Shown: positions 29,532 through 39,974, numbered from the stretch's first letter. The stretch: 64,000 nucleotides of DNA from a bacterium (GCA_043815505.1 JBDRIV010000002.1:11484-75483); one strand, 5' to 3'. Notes: generated from the letters alone by a model not told the origin. A program made the numbers and translations.

Positions 29532-30585
29532 AAGGATCCAGGGCTCTTAAAGCTAGACCCATTACTTTTATGAAACTTAAAACATCAACAGTTTTAATTT
29601 TTTTAGCAGCTTTCTTACTTGCTTTTCCGAGTATTTGCCAAGGATCAGCCACATCAACTTGAAAAGGAATTTGCAAAGCAATATAAGGAGCAAAACCATG
29701 TAGGTTAGAGCTACCACCACATAGGATAACTTTTTTTATTCCCGAAATATGTCTTTCCCTTTCCAGATATTCAATAATATTGTGAATTTCATCTGAGAAA
29801 GTTTTAAATAGTGGTTCCAAAACTGACAAAAGTTTCTTATCTTTATTGTCTTCAGAAGAACTATAAGCTTTCATTTTTAGTTCCTCCGCTTCATTCATGC
29901 TGACACCCATGCCATCGGCAATTATTTTTGTAAACTCAACACCGGAAACCTTTGAGGCTGAAGTGAAAACAATGTTACCAGCATTAACAGCCGTAAAGAG
30001 AGTGCGTCCCTTCCCAATATCAGCTATTAATAATTTTTCTTCAGAATCCTTGAGCACAATAGCGCGGGTGGTAGCAGCTTCTTCTAAATCAATAACGGTC
30101 GGGATTAATTTCAAATCGGCTAATAAATCATAATATGATCTAACATGAGTCATGGGACTGGCGCTCACAAATGTGGTTAAAGAATCTTTTCTTTTTTTAA
30201 TGACCTGATAATCAAAAACAACTTCTTCGTCCCAAGGAGTAAGGGATGATAATTTCCAGCGCACCGCTTCCTCAATTTCATCATCGGCCATTATGGGAAG
30301 CTTCAATGTTTTGTAAAAAGTTTTTTCGTGCGGTAGCATTAAGGATACATAAGGAGTTTTAATGCTCTTTGGTTTAGCATTTTTGAGGGCATTTTTAATG
30401 GCTGTGCTTAAAATATCAGCTTTAATAATATCGCCTCCTACAACCACTCCCTCATCCAGAGAAGCAGAAGCATAACCATGCAAAGAATATTTTTTACCAC
30501 TTTTGTTAAACTGAAAAACTTTGACGGAAGAGTCAAATATTTTTAACCCAAAGCCTTTTTTTGCTAGATTTAAGGGATTGGCCAT
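29479..30585 (-). CDS. pilM: Type IV pilus assembly protein PilM (actin-like ATPase fold)
   Basis: PilM family architecture; operon context. Confidence 0.75.
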   Translation of the reverse strand: MANPLNLAKKGFGLKIFDSSVKVFQFNKSGKKYSLHGYASASLDEGVVVGGDIIKADILSTAIKNALKNAKPKSIKTPYVSLMLPHEKTFYKTLKLPIMADDEIEEAVRWKLSSLTPWDEEVVFDYQVIKKRKDSLTTFVSASPMTHVRSYYDLLADLKLIPTVIDLEEAATTRAIVLKDSEEKLLIADIGKGRTLFTAVNAGNIVFTSASKVSGVEFTKIIADGMGVSMNEAEELKMKAYSSSEDNKDKKLLSVLEPLFKTFSDEIHNIIEYLERERHISGIKKVILCGGSSNLHGFAPYIALQIPFQVDVADPWQILGKASKKAAKKIKTVDVLSFIKVMGLALRALDPFDYENDKNKSTSKKREK

Positions 30586-30586
30586 T

Positions 30587-31798
30587 TTAGAAACTTGAAG
30601 TTATTGAATAAATTGGTTGTACAATTGCTAGCGCTAAGAAAGCAACAGCTACCCCCATAACAATCATAAGGAGAGGTTCAATAATTGAGGACATATTTTC
30701 TGTGGAGTCGGCTACTTCCTCTTCATAGAAACCAGCTAACTGCAAAAGAATAGTATCAAGTTCTCCTGTTTCTTCACCGATAGAAATCATTTGTGTGACC
30801 ATGGGTGGGAAGAGATGGGGTTCTTTTTCAAAAATTGAAACTAAACTTACACCTTTAGTAATTTTTTTACTAGCCTCTTCCACCGCTCTTTTGTAATGAA
30901 CATTGCCTAGTACCGAAGACACAATTTCTAGGGTTGTGACCATAGAAATGCCACTTTTTAAAAGTGAAGCGGTGGTTCTGGCAAAACGGGCTAAATTCAC
31001 TTTTTTAGCTAGAGTGCCAATTAAAGGAAATATTATTAATACTCGGTGCCAAATTGGTTTGCCGAAAGGAGTTTTAATAAACATAAAGAATAAAACTACT
31101 AGTCCCACCAATCCGCCAATTACCAACACTAAATTATTGCTGGTAAAGTCACTGGCGGCCAATAAAAACCTGGTAGCAAATGGTAACTCGGTATCCATGC
31201 CGGCAAAAATATCTGTTAATTGTGGTAAGACCATCGTCATCATAACAATGGCTACACCTATCATGGCTAAAACTACAATAGAAGGATAGGTCATGGCGCC
31301 TCTAATTTTGGAAATCAAATGATGGTCTTTTTCCATTTGGGTTGATAGTTGTTTCAATACTTCTTCTAAACGTCCACTGAATTCCCCTGCCTGCACCATA
31401 CTGGTGAACATAGTTGGAAATACATTTTTATGCACAGCCATCGCTTCAGCCAAAGACCGACCTTTTTGAATATCCTTGTTGATAGAATTTAAAATTTTTG
31501 CAAAATATTTAGAATTAGTTTGTTTGGCTAAAATACCAATCGCCTTAGATATAGAGACACCCGCTTTTAACATCATGGCCAGGTGATTGGTAAAAAGAAT
31601 TTTTTCTTTTACTCCTACCGAGCCCCAGGAAGTAAGCTTCTTTAACATACCTTCCTTTCCTCTTTCTTTTTCCCAGTGCGTCAAAAGGAGGCCATCTTGT
31701 TTTAAGGTTTTGGCTAATTGTTGTTCGCTAATTGCGTCCATCTCTCCTTTTTTGGTTTTACCTTTTTCGTCGCGAGCAATATATTTAAATTTGGCCAT
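30587..31798 (-). CDS. pilC: Type IV pilus platform protein PilC (GspF family)
   Basis: Duplicated GspF domains; three TM segments. Confidence 0.85.
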   Translation of the reverse strand: MAKFKYIARDEKGKTKKGEMDAISEQQLAKTLKQDGLLLTHWEKERGKEGMLKKLTSWGSVGVKEKILFTNHLAMMLKAGVSISKAIGILAKQTNSKYFAKILNSINKDIQKGRSLAEAMAVHKNVFPTMFTSMVQAGEFSGRLEEVLKQLSTQMEKDHHLISKIRGAMTYPSIVVLAMIGVAIVMMTMVLPQLTDIFAGMDTELPFATRFLLAASDFTSNNLVLVIGGLVGLVVLFFMFIKTPFGKPIWHRVLIIFPLIGTLAKKVNLARFARTTASLLKSGISMVTTLEIVSSVLGNVHYKRAVEEASKKITKGVSLVSIFEKEPHLFPPMVTQMISIGEETGELDTILLQLAGFYEEEVADSTENMSSIIEPLLMIVMGVAVAFLALAIVQPIYSITSSF

Positions 31799-31858
31799 AG
31801 TATTAATTTAATTTCTAATCTAATTAGCATAAGCTATTAGCCATATGCCACAAGCCTC

Positions 31859-33592
31859 TTATTCTTTGGTAACTCTAATAATTTCTTCCAGAGTTGTTAC
31901 TCCCGTTTTAGCTTTTATAAATCCATCTTGCACCATGGTTATCATACCTTCTGCTTTAGCTACTTCCAATAATTCGTCAGAGGTTGCTTTTTTTGTTGTC
32001 AGATTCTGAATTTTTGTATCATTGGACATAACTTCATAAATTCCGATTCTGCCTTTGTAGCCGGTGTTATTACATTTATTACAACCCTTGCCTTTGAAGA
32101 ATTTTAGATCTTCAAATTTCTTATTTGGTTCAGTGATTTTTTCTCTTTTCATAATTTCCATAATCTCATCTAAATCGTACTGTTCATCAAGCAACTGAAT
32201 TTCTTTTGAATCGGGCATATAACTGGTTATACATTCCGAACAAGTTTTTCTAACCAAGCGTTGTCCAATAATAATGTTTAAAGTGGAAGCAATTAAGAAA
32301 GGTTTAATGCCCATGTCGAAAAGTCTGGCGATAGCTCCCGGAGCATCATTGGTGTGCAGAGTAGAAAGTACCAAATGTCCAGTTAGTGCAGCGTGAACAG
32401 AAATTTCCGCAGTTTCATTATCGCGAATTTCACCAACCATTATTATATCTGGGTCTTGTCTAACCAAGGTTCTTAAACCATTGGCAAAAGAAAAACCAAT
32501 TTTAGCATTAACTTGACTTTGATTAATTCTTTCCACGCGGTATTCAATTGGATCTTCAACAGTAGATATGTTTACTTTAGGAGTGTTTAAAATGTCGAGC
32601 ACAGAATAAAGCGTCGTGGTTTTTCCCGAGCCCGTAGGGCCAGTGACCAAAATCATGCCGTGTGGCTTTTTAACATTAGCTTTTAAAAGTTTTAAAGAAG
32701 AATGCTGAAAGCCCAGTTGTTCCAGGGTAAGAATCTGATTGGATTCATTAAGCAGACGTAAAACAATTTTTTCACCATCATAAGTTGGCAGAATAGAAGT
32801 ACGAAACGAAACTTTGTAATCCTCTTTTTGTAATTTGAAACGACCATCTTGCGGTAAACGATGCTCATCAATTTTTAAATTGGCCAGAACTTTTATACGC
32901 GCTACCACACCGGCCATAACTTCTTTAGGCATACTAATAATATCGTGGAGAATACCGTCAACGCGAAAACGAATAATAACCTCTTTTTCCATTGGTTCCA
33001 TGTGAATATCAGAGGCGCCCTCATAAATTGCGTGTTCCAAAACAGTGTCAACGATTTCTATAACTGGCAAATCCTCAGCCAGCTTGGCCTCATCATTATC
33101 ATTAGCTGCTCGTGATGATTCCAAACTTTTTTCAATAATCTCTTTGAAATCTATCTTTAATCCTCTCTTGTACTGTTTGATAGCCAGTTTAAAATGGATT
33201 TTGGAAATAGCGTGAATGATAACCGGTTCAGAAAAAGCCTTTTTCAAGAATTCAATGGTTTCCAAGTTGTCCGGTTCCACCAGTCCTACCATAATACCTT
33301 CATTAGTTTTATCAAAAGCTAGAATTTGATTCTCTCTAGCGGTAGCTTCAGTTATTAGAAATAGAATATCTTTTCTAATATTTTTTTGGGAGACGTCAAC
33401 AAAAGGGACTTTTAAGAATTCAGCATTTTTTTGAGCCAAATATTCTTCTGGTACCAAATTCTTTTCTAATATTAAATCTACAGGTGGTTTTTTCGCCTTT
33501 TTTGCCTCCTTGAGAAAATCAGCAAATTCTTGCGGCTGAAACATAGTCGTTTTAACCAAAATCTCCTCAAGTTGTTTGTCAGTAAAATGCAT
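31859..33592 (-). CDS. pilB: Type IV pilus assembly ATPase PilB (GspE family)
   Basis: Walker A GPTGSGKTTTLYS; Asp/His boxes; C-terminal CxxC-type region. Confidence 0.9.
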   Translation of the reverse strand: MHFTDKQLEEILVKTTMFQPQEFADFLKEAKKAKKPPVDLILEKNLVPEEYLAQKNAEFLKVPFVDVSQKNIRKDILFLITEATARENQILAFDKTNEGIMVGLVEPDNLETIEFLKKAFSEPVIIHAISKIHFKLAIKQYKRGLKIDFKEIIEKSLESSRAANDNDEAKLAEDLPVIEIVDTVLEHAIYEGASDIHMEPMEKEVIIRFRVDGILHDIISMPKEVMAGVVARIKVLANLKIDEHRLPQDGRFKLQKEDYKVSFRTSILPTYDGEKIVLRLLNESNQILTLEQLGFQHSSLKLLKANVKKPHGMILVTGPTGSGKTTTLYSVLDILNTPKVNISTVEDPIEYRVERINQSQVNAKIGFSFANGLRTLVRQDPDIIMVGEIRDNETAEISVHAALTGHLVLSTLHTNDAPGAIARLFDMGIKPFLIASTLNIIIGQRLVRKTCSECITSYMPDSKEIQLLDEQYDLDEIMEIMKREKITEPNKKFEDLKFFKGKGCNKCNNTGYKGRIGIYEVMSNDTKIQNLTTKKATSDELLEVAKAEGMITMVQDGFIKAKTGVTTLEEIIRVTKE

Positions 33593-33710
33593 ATTTGTTT
33601 AAAACCTTTTGTTTTATAATTGTTCGCAAAACTTAAACTTTTCCTTTAAAAAAGAAATTATCTTAGGATTATTATATCATTTTAGGAGTGTTATCGTCAA
33701 TGTAATCAAA

Positions 33711-33814
33711 AACCCCGCTCCAGTTTTATTTAACTCAGAATATTGTTCATTAATGTTGGGAAATTTGTTATAAAAAACATTAATGATTTGAGTTCAATAG
33801 AACTGGAGCGGGGC
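33711..33814. repeat. Family-A palindromic element (long form) upstream of pilB
   Basis: aaccccgctccagtttt ... aactcagaa ... ttgagttcaat ... aactggagcggggcg. Confidence 0.75.
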
Positions 33815-33828
33815 GAAAATTATAAAAT

Positions 33829-34053
33829 TTATCTTTTAGGTTTCTCCGAGAAAAAATAATATGCAAACGCCAGAAGCAATAGGATTACCAAAGCAATTGT
33901 TACAATAACAAACCATTTAGCATCATTTGCAGCTTGATTAGGATCAATAATTTCAGGAATATTTAGTCTAGCATCACCATCTGATTGAGCTTTGACCGGT
34001 AGAGCTAGAAAAGTGAATAGTATTAAATAAATTGAGGTAATGATCTTTTTCAT
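33829..34053 (-). CDS. Small secreted/membrane protein (74 aa)
   Basis: Signal peptide plus a C-terminal TM segment. Confidence 0.4.
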   Translation of the reverse strand: MKKIITSIYLILFTFLALPVKAQSDGDARLNIPEIIDPNQAANDAKWFVIVTIALVILLLLAFAYYFFSEKPKR

Positions 34054-34149
34054 TGCCAGCCTCCTTTCTTTAAGATTTTAATATATTATAGCACATATTT
34101 ATCTAAGACGCTATCTAACAAAAACAACCACTATTTTAGTGGATGCTTT

Positions 34150-34224
34150 TGGAGCGGGCGACCGGGATCGAACCGGCACTATTCTGCTTGGAAGGCAGAC
34201 ATTTTACCATTAAATTACACCCGC
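34150..34224 (-). tRNA. tRNA-Gly(TCC) with encoded CCA
   Basis: Reverse complement GCGGGTGTAATTTAATGGTAAAATGTCTGCCTTCCAAGCAGA...GCCGGTTCGATCCCGGTCGCCCGCTCCA. Confidence 0.85.
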
Positions 34225-34227
34225 AGA

Positions 34228-34899
34228 TTAAAGTTGACTATTAATTGCTCTTATCCAGCCCATTATATGCCTATGCAAACTTCGGCCAAATCTTTTATTT
34301 CCACAACTTTTAATATTCAAATGAATTGTTCCGTATGGCAACTTGCCTCTTTTTATAATTGCCTTTCCTTTCCTTTTATCAATTTGAGTTTTTCCAAATT
34401 GACGTAATGGAATTTTTAATTTTTTTGACCAATAAGATTTTACAATTTTTATATTTGAATCTGGATATAAATGAACTGAAGGAACTAAATTCTCGTTCTT
34501 TAAATCACAAATATCCTTAAACCATTTTATTGCTGCTTTTAAAATATCTGGATCAGAATTTATTATTCTTACACTTTCGTTGAGTTTAGACCCTTCGCCT
34601 AAATATAAACCAATTCCTAAAAAAAGCAAATCCCTTTTGGATATTTTACCAATTTCCTTTTTCGCCAGGATGCTTTTTGTACGAATATCTTTTAGTCGTT
34701 GATTTTGTTTAAAAAGAGCAGATTTTAATTGTCCTCGCTTAACTCTGTATAAAACTTTTCTATTTGGCTTAAAAGGAATTTCTTTTAGCCAATCACTAAG
34801 CGTGCTTTTTGCGAGCCCAGTTTCTTCAGAAATCATATTATAAGAATAGCCCTGCTTTCTTAAATTGGTTGCTTTTTCTTTAATGCTAACTAGCCTCAT
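34228..34899 (-). CDS. Free-standing HTH + LAGLIDADG-motif endonuclease-like protein; its stop lies 4 nt from the tRNA-Gly 5' end
   Basis: N-terminal HTH (GYSYNMISEETGLAKSTLSDWLK); LAGLIDADG-type motif LLFLGIGLYLGEGS. Confidence 0.55.
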   Translation of the reverse strand: MRLVSIKEKATNLRKQGYSYNMISEETGLAKSTLSDWLKEIPFKPNRKVLYRVKRGQLKSALFKQNQRLKDIRTKSILAKKEIGKISKRDLLFLGIGLYLGEGSKLNESVRIINSDPDILKAAIKWFKDICDLKNENLVPSVHLYPDSNIKIVKSYWSKKLKIPLRQFGKTQIDKRKGKAIIKRGKLPYGTIHLNIKSCGNKRFGRSLHRHIMGWIRAINSQL

Positions 34900-34955
34900 G
34901 TTTATAAATACGAACTGCTATGTAGTATTATAGCATAATAATAATACTAGTACAA

Positions 34956-35198
34956 TTATTTAAGTTCGATTAATCTAAACCTTCCTTCTAATTTGTCATT
35001 TAAAATCATATCGTCATCAATAACCCAAACGTCATGATATTTCTTTCTTGATTTTTTTAGTCCTTCGTATTCTATGTGGACACGTAAATTTCGTAAATCG
35101 TCATTTAAGACTGGTTTTTTAAGACCAGCGCTATTTATATCTTCCCATCCATCAATTAGGTATTCAATAAAATTTATACTGCTGTTATTATTATCCAA
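34956..35198 (-). CDS. Hypothetical protein (80 aa)
   Basis: ORF only. Confidence 0.3.
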   Translation of the reverse strand: MDNNNSSINFIEYLIDGWEDINSAGLKKPVLNDDLRNLRVHIEYEGLKKSRKKYHDVWVIDDDMILNDKLEGRFRLIELK

Positions 35199-35592
35199 GA
35201 AAGTTGTTGTTTTATAAAAATTTGCTTTACAAAAACCATTTATACCTAATACTGGATAATCAAAGACTATTTCTTTTTTATTATCTTTATATATTTTTAA
35301 TTGTTTATTGTATAAAAAAACGAACTTTAATATTAAAAGCTATATTTGTACCAACATTTTTTATTCTAAAGTATTTGTTTTTGATTCATTAACAGCAACA
35401 TTTTTTATTATAGTAATAATCGGGCGACCAGCTAAAATTTTGTTTGATTTTCTTACCTCCCAAGCATACCAAGCTATTACTATAAAAGTAATAAATAATA
35501 CAAGTCCTTGGTTATTGTTCAAAAAAACAAACAAAACAGTAAATGCTAATTGAAAAAATGTTAAATAAGAAAATATTCATATTTAAACCATA

Positions 35593-35666
35593 TCGGGGAG
35601 ACAGGATTTGAACCTGCGACAACTCGCTCCCAAAGCGAGTGCGCTACCGGACTGCGCCACTCCCCG
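35593..35666 (-). tRNA. tRNA-Pro(TGG)
   Basis: Reverse complement CGGGGAGTGGCGCAGTCCGGTAGCGCACTCGCTTTGGGAGCGAG...GGTTCAAATCCTGTCTCCCCGA. Confidence 0.85.
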
Positions 35667-35767
35667 ATGCAAAAGTCATTTATAATAGCCTATAGTTTAC
35701 GCAAAAATTTGACATTCGTCAATATGATATAAACAAAGAGTCCAATATTGGACTCTTTATCGGAAGC

Positions 35768-35974
35768 TTATCTTCGCTTTTTGCGTCGAGTAGCTTTCTT
35801 TTTTCTTTTAGGAGCTGCTTTTCTTCTTTTTTTCGGAGCGGCCTTTTTTCGTTTAGCAACTTTTCTTCTTTTTTTCGGAGCGGCTTTCTTTCTCTTTTTA
35901 GGAGCAGCTTTTTTTCGTCGGACTGCTTTTCTTTTTGGTTTTCGAGCAGCCTTTCTTTTTTTCTTTGCAGGCAT
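35768..35974 (-). CDS. Histone H1-like basic protein with K/A/P repeats (68 aa)
   Basis: Tandem AAPKKRKK / KAAPKKRRK repeats, very high pI. The opposite-strand ORF 35748..36047 is a mirror artefact. Confidence 0.5.
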   Translation of the reverse strand: MPAKKKRKAARKPKRKAVRRKKAAPKKRKKAAPKKRRKVAKRKKAAPKKRRKAAPKRKKKATRRKKRR

Positions 35975-36110
35975 AGTGTTCTGTTTAAAAAAGATTTTAT
36001 TTTGTTTCGATTTTAGTGGTCGACCTCCCCACTATTTTTTATTCTAACTTAAGAGTAACTCATTTAGATGTAATGTCAATCAAAATAAATTTATTTTGTG
36101 GATAAGATTA

Positions 36111-36404
36111 TTAAGCAATAATATTTATTATTCTGTCAACTTCACTTTTTACAACCGCTGAATCACTCTCTGATGAATGGGCGCGCAATTTATGTAGAGG
36201 TTTGCGCGCGTCCAAATGCAAATCAATATAAATATTATTTTCCTTATCCTTTAAAACATGAGCGTGAAAACGCGGATAAAAAGCATTAGAAATTCTTCTT
36301 ATATAACCTCGTTTGCCAGTGGTGCGATCAACCCAAAGCTTGTAGCCTACTCTGCGCATCATGGTTTGAGGGATTTCTTTTTGTTTACCAACAGAAAATT
36401 TCAT
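36111..36404 (-). CDS. Hypothetical protein (97 aa)
   Basis: ORF only. Confidence 0.35.
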   Translation of the reverse strand: MKFSVGKQKEIPQTMMRRVGYKLWVDRTTGKRGYIRRISNAFYPRFHAHVLKDKENNIYIDLHLDARKPLHKLRAHSSESDSAVVKSEVDRIINIIA

Positions 36405-36457
36405 AAATAAAAGTCGAATTAATTCGACTTCATTTTAACATCAAAATTTTAAAATGA

Positions 36458-37345
36458 CTAATAAAATTTCTCCAAAAATGGTTTCATATCGCGCTTATCG
36501 TAGAACTGTTCTACTAGTGGTTTGTCATTTAATTGTGGAAGTTGTGATTCATAAGTTGGCAAATCCTTTTTAAAGAAAAGACCAATAGGAATTTTCTTAC
36601 CCCATTCATCAGCTTTCTTTAGCGCTGCCATTTTGTTTGCTGGATCATAACTTTTTTCTTCTTCCAATTTGTAAACTCGATCGCGAAAAAATTCGTAAGT
36701 ATTAGTCTTGTTCCAAGTAACACAAGGTTGCAAGATATCTATGAAAGAAGTTCCTTTGTGTTTAATGCCGTTAACAATAAGTTTTTTCAAATGCTGAGCA
36801 TCGCCGGCAAAACCTCTGGCCACATATGTAGCGTGAGCAATAATAGCCGAAGCAACAGGATTAATCGGATGTTCCAAGGCTCCGTGCGGACTTGATTTAG
36901 TAATGGTTCCCTTTTCGGTGGTCGGTGAATATTGACCTTTGGTTAAACCATAAATTTGATTGTCATGAACTATGTAAGTTACGTCCATATTGCGGCGGAA
37001 GACGTGCATAAAATGACACATGCCAATTCCAAAACCGTCACCATCACCGCCAACTCCAATGATTGTAAGTTTGTGGTTGGCCAGTTTGGCAGCCTGGACA
37101 ACTGGTAGAACACGACCATGAACACTTTCAAAGCCATAAGTTTTTACATAATGAGGAAGTTTACCAGAACAACCAATTCCAGAAACAATAAAGAAATCTT
37201 CGTGATTTACACTGTCTTTCTCCACTTCCGCTAAAGCCATTTTTAAAGAAGTAAGAATTCCAAAATCACCACAACCAGGACACCACTGGGGAGTGTGGTG
37301 GGAATCAAATTTTGCAATTGATTGTGAATCGAAAGATGTGGACAT
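36458..37345 (-). CDS. korB: 2-oxoacid:ferredoxin oxidoreductase, beta (TPP-binding) subunit
   Basis: GCGDFGIL and GIGCSG motifs; TPP-binding fold. Confidence 0.85.
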   Translation of the reverse strand: MSTSFDSQSIAKFDSHHTPQWCPGCGDFGILTSLKMALAEVEKDSVNHEDFFIVSGIGCSGKLPHYVKTYGFESVHGRVLPVVQAAKLANHKLTIIGVGGDGDGFGIGMCHFMHVFRRNMDVTYIVHDNQIYGLTKGQYSPTTEKGTITKSSPHGALEHPINPVASAIIAHATYVARGFAGDAQHLKKLIVNGIKHKGTSFIDILQPCVTWNKTNTYEFFRDRVYKLEEEKSYDPANKMAALKKADEWGKKIPIGLFFKKDLPTYESQLPQLNDKPLVEQFYDKRDMKPFLEKFY

Positions 37346-39090
37346 TAAATTATCTTTTTTACTTCTTCAAAAATGTCTTCGGGGTAAAATGGTCGGCCGG
37401 TGTAACACAACATCATTTCATCTACATCGTAACCAGTATTTTCTTTTATAATACTTCCAAACTGAGCCGTTTTATTACCTTCAATAAGAAATGTTTTCTT
37501 GGACGTTTCCATAATTCTTTTTGTTTCTGTAACTGGAAACGGAGCAATATAAATATAATGATAGAAATTTACTTTCATACCTTCATCCTCAAAAAGTTTT
37601 AAAGCTTCAAGTATAGGTAGTTTTGTTGAGCCCCAAGAAATTATCGTTACATCAGCTTCTTCTAGGCCAAAACGAATTGGTTTTAACAAATCAGCATTTT
37701 CTTTAATTAGAGTTTCAATTTTTTTATAGCGTTTATCATTTTGCTTTATTGTCATGTCGGGATCTTCGGTGGTAAAACCAGTTTCGTCATGTTCATAAGA
37801 TGAAGCAATGTGTTCTCCACCTTTTTGTCCAGGGACGGCTCGGGGTGAAATTCCGTCTGGAGTTAATTCATAACGTAAATAATTTTTCGGAGCTTTGTTG
37901 CCAGCAATTAATTTCCCTCTATCCAAATGAATCCAAGACTCATCAAAAGTATCTACCGTTTGATGAGAAGCGCCCACATACTTGTCAGAAAGAATTAGAA
38001 CTGGTAACTGATAAATTTCTGCTAAATTTAATGCTGTAACTGTGTGTTCAAAACACTCGTTAGCATCTCCTGGTGTTATTAGAATTCTAGGAAAATCACC
38101 GTGAGAAGCGTGTAAAACAAAACGTAAATCGGCTTGGGCAGTCCAAGTTGGGAGTCCGGTTGATGGACCAGCACGCTGAACTTCAACGGCCACTAGTGGC
38201 GCCTCATTAATTCCGGCCATACCAAAAGCTTCTGTCATTAAAGCAAAACCACCGCCAGAAGTTCCGGTCATGGTGCGAACTCCTGCCACATTTCCACCAA
38301 TCGCCATGTTCATGGCAGCCAGTTCATCTTCTGTATGTTTAACTACAATATTGTAGAGTTCTTCGTTGGCAGCCAATCCATGCAAGATTCCTGAAGCGGG
38401 AGTCATAGGGTAAGCACAATACATTTGTAGTCCCCCGCGAATGGCCCCAGCCACAATCGCGTCATTACCAGTTAAGTACATTCTTTTAGTGAAATCTTCT
38501 TGAACTTCTGCTTTCCATTCAAAATCGTCAGCATATTTTTCTTTGGCAAATTCATAACCTTGTTTGGCTACTTCCTGATTTTGTTTCACAACCTTATCAC
38601 CCTTTTTTATAAAGGCAAATTCAATTATATCCATCAATTTTTCCATAGAGTAATCAAGTAGACCCACAGAAGCACCCAGAGCAACGGTATTTCTCATGAC
38701 TGGATTACCACCAACATCTTTGGTAATTTCCATTAACGGAACATGCAAATACTTTACATCCTTTCTTTCTATTTGCAGATCTTTCATGTCATCTGCTTGC
38801 TCATCATAAATAATAGCACCACCAGCAGACATTTCACTTAAATGCTGATCAATGGTTTCGCGATGCAGAGCAACTAACAAATTTATTTCATGAATTTGTG
38901 ATGTTACAGGCTCATTGGAACAATGTACTTGATATGAATTGTGACCACCGCGAATTAGAGATGGATATTCTGGATAACCAAATACAAAAAGACCGCCACG
39001 GACTAGCAACTTACCCATCATAACTCCGGTTGTCATTGTTCCCGAGCCGGCTTCGCCACCGACTTTCCATGTAAATTTGTTTTTGGTCAT
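37345..39090 (-). CDS. korA: 2-oxoacid:ferredoxin oxidoreductase, alpha subunit (fused gamma-alpha type)
   Basis: PFOR domain III plus domain I motifs; translationally coupled to korB. Confidence 0.85.
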   Translation of the reverse strand: MTKNKFTWKVGGEAGSGTMTTGVMMGKLLVRGGLFVFGYPEYPSLIRGGHNSYQVHCSNEPVTSQIHEINLLVALHRETIDQHLSEMSAGGAIIYDEQADDMKDLQIERKDVKYLHVPLMEITKDVGGNPVMRNTVALGASVGLLDYSMEKLMDIIEFAFIKKGDKVVKQNQEVAKQGYEFAKEKYADDFEWKAEVQEDFTKRMYLTGNDAIVAGAIRGGLQMYCAYPMTPASGILHGLAANEELYNIVVKHTEDELAAMNMAIGGNVAGVRTMTGTSGGGFALMTEAFGMAGINEAPLVAVEVQRAGPSTGLPTWTAQADLRFVLHASHGDFPRILITPGDANECFEHTVTALNLAEIYQLPVLILSDKYVGASHQTVDTFDESWIHLDRGKLIAGNKAPKNYLRYELTPDGISPRAVPGQKGGEHIASSYEHDETGFTTEDPDMTIKQNDKRYKKIETLIKENADLLKPIRFGLEEADVTIISWGSTKLPILEALKLFEDEGMKVNFYHYIYIAPFPVTETKRIMETSKKTFLIEGNKTAQFGSIIKENTGYDVDEMMLCYTGRPFYPEDIFEEVKKII

Positions 39091-39259
39091 CTCCTTGTAT
39101 TTTCAATTAGTATAATTGTAACAAATTTCTTGGTATCGGGAAAGTGTAATAAATTTGACGAAAAAATACCGCCGAGTATAATGAAAACAAAAGTGCCCAC
39201 ACAGAAACAAAAAAATTGGCACTTTTTCAATACCTTGGTCCAAATTTGTCCGAAAGGAG

Positions 39260-39631
39260 GTGAGAACGTTGAATTGTTGTACTAGTGACAGAAAAACCGA
39301 AAATCGCTGGATTGATTGGAGTCAGTTGATTCCACGTGTCACTCATCTGCCAATAGGTCGTTATGACCCTTGCCCTCGGTGCAATCGAGGCACGGAAAAG
39401 AAGGTGGTTCGGGGCAAACTGAGGTCCGTGCCTACGCACGGTGATTTCATGGTTTGTCCCTTGTGCCAGCAGGTTTTCTGCAGTGCTTGTTTCTTGAGCG
39501 ATCCAACACGTCTCACAAACATATTCTTGCTCAAAACAAGTCGTCTGAAATCGCTTGGCGCTTCCGTCAATACTGCAGTTCCTTGTCCGGACTGCAAAGA
39601 GATTGTCGATCTCAACGGCCCAAAAAATTAG
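39260..39631 (+). CDS. GC-rich small zinc-ribbon protein (123 aa, GTG start)
   Basis: SD aaggagg 6 nt upstream; CPRC ... CPLC and CPDC pairs; local GC is about 50% against a background near 35%; followed by a terminator. Confidence 0.45.
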   Translation: MRTLNCCTSDRKTENRWIDWSQLIPRVTHLPIGRYDPCPRCNRGTEKKVVRGKLRSVPTHGDFMVCPLCQQVFCSACFLSDPTRLTNIFLLKTSRLKSLGASVNTAVPCPDCKEIVDLNGPKN

Positions 39632-39671
39632 AGGGGTTTGGTAAATGAAAACCAAAATAAACGGACCTTAT

Positions 39672-39706
39672 GTCGCGTTGCTAGATTCTACCGCAACGCG
39701 ACTTTT
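39672..39706 (+). terminator. Rho-independent terminator
   Basis: gtcgcgttgc ... gcaacgcgac followed by tttttt. Confidence 0.6.
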
Positions 39707-39938
39707 TTATTAGTTTACTTTTTAGAAAAGTAACAAAAGCTTTCTTTTTCCACCATTTGCTTGCCCAAATGGTGGAGCCAAAGGGCACAACCGGGGATTC
39801 GGCTTGAAACTTCCACTTTCTTTTTCCACTTTTTGGCAGCAAAAACTGGAGGAAAAACTGCCTCGCGGTGGTTGATTTTTGAAGATCACTATCAGCTCGA
39901 CCCTGCCCGCCTGATGGCGGGCTCATTAATTTCCTAAA

Positions 39939-39974
39939 CTCCCCAGCTCCAGTTTTGCGAAAACTGGGGCTGAG
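39939..39974. repeat. Family-A palindrome (short form)
   Basis: ccccagctccagttttgcgaaaactggggctgag. Confidence 0.7.

Noticed and set aside
35748-36047. ORF 35748..36047 (+) encoding an F/A/L-rich repeat protein
   Set aside because: It is a mirror-strand artefact of the K/A repeat in 35768..35974 (-). The basic protein on the minus strand is the more plausible product, though neither is proven.
39227-39926. Minus-strand ORFs 39227..39655, 39361..39615 and 39681..39926 in GC island 1
   Set aside because: Same GC-rich effect. Only the plus-strand ORF has an SD, a promoter and a terminator.
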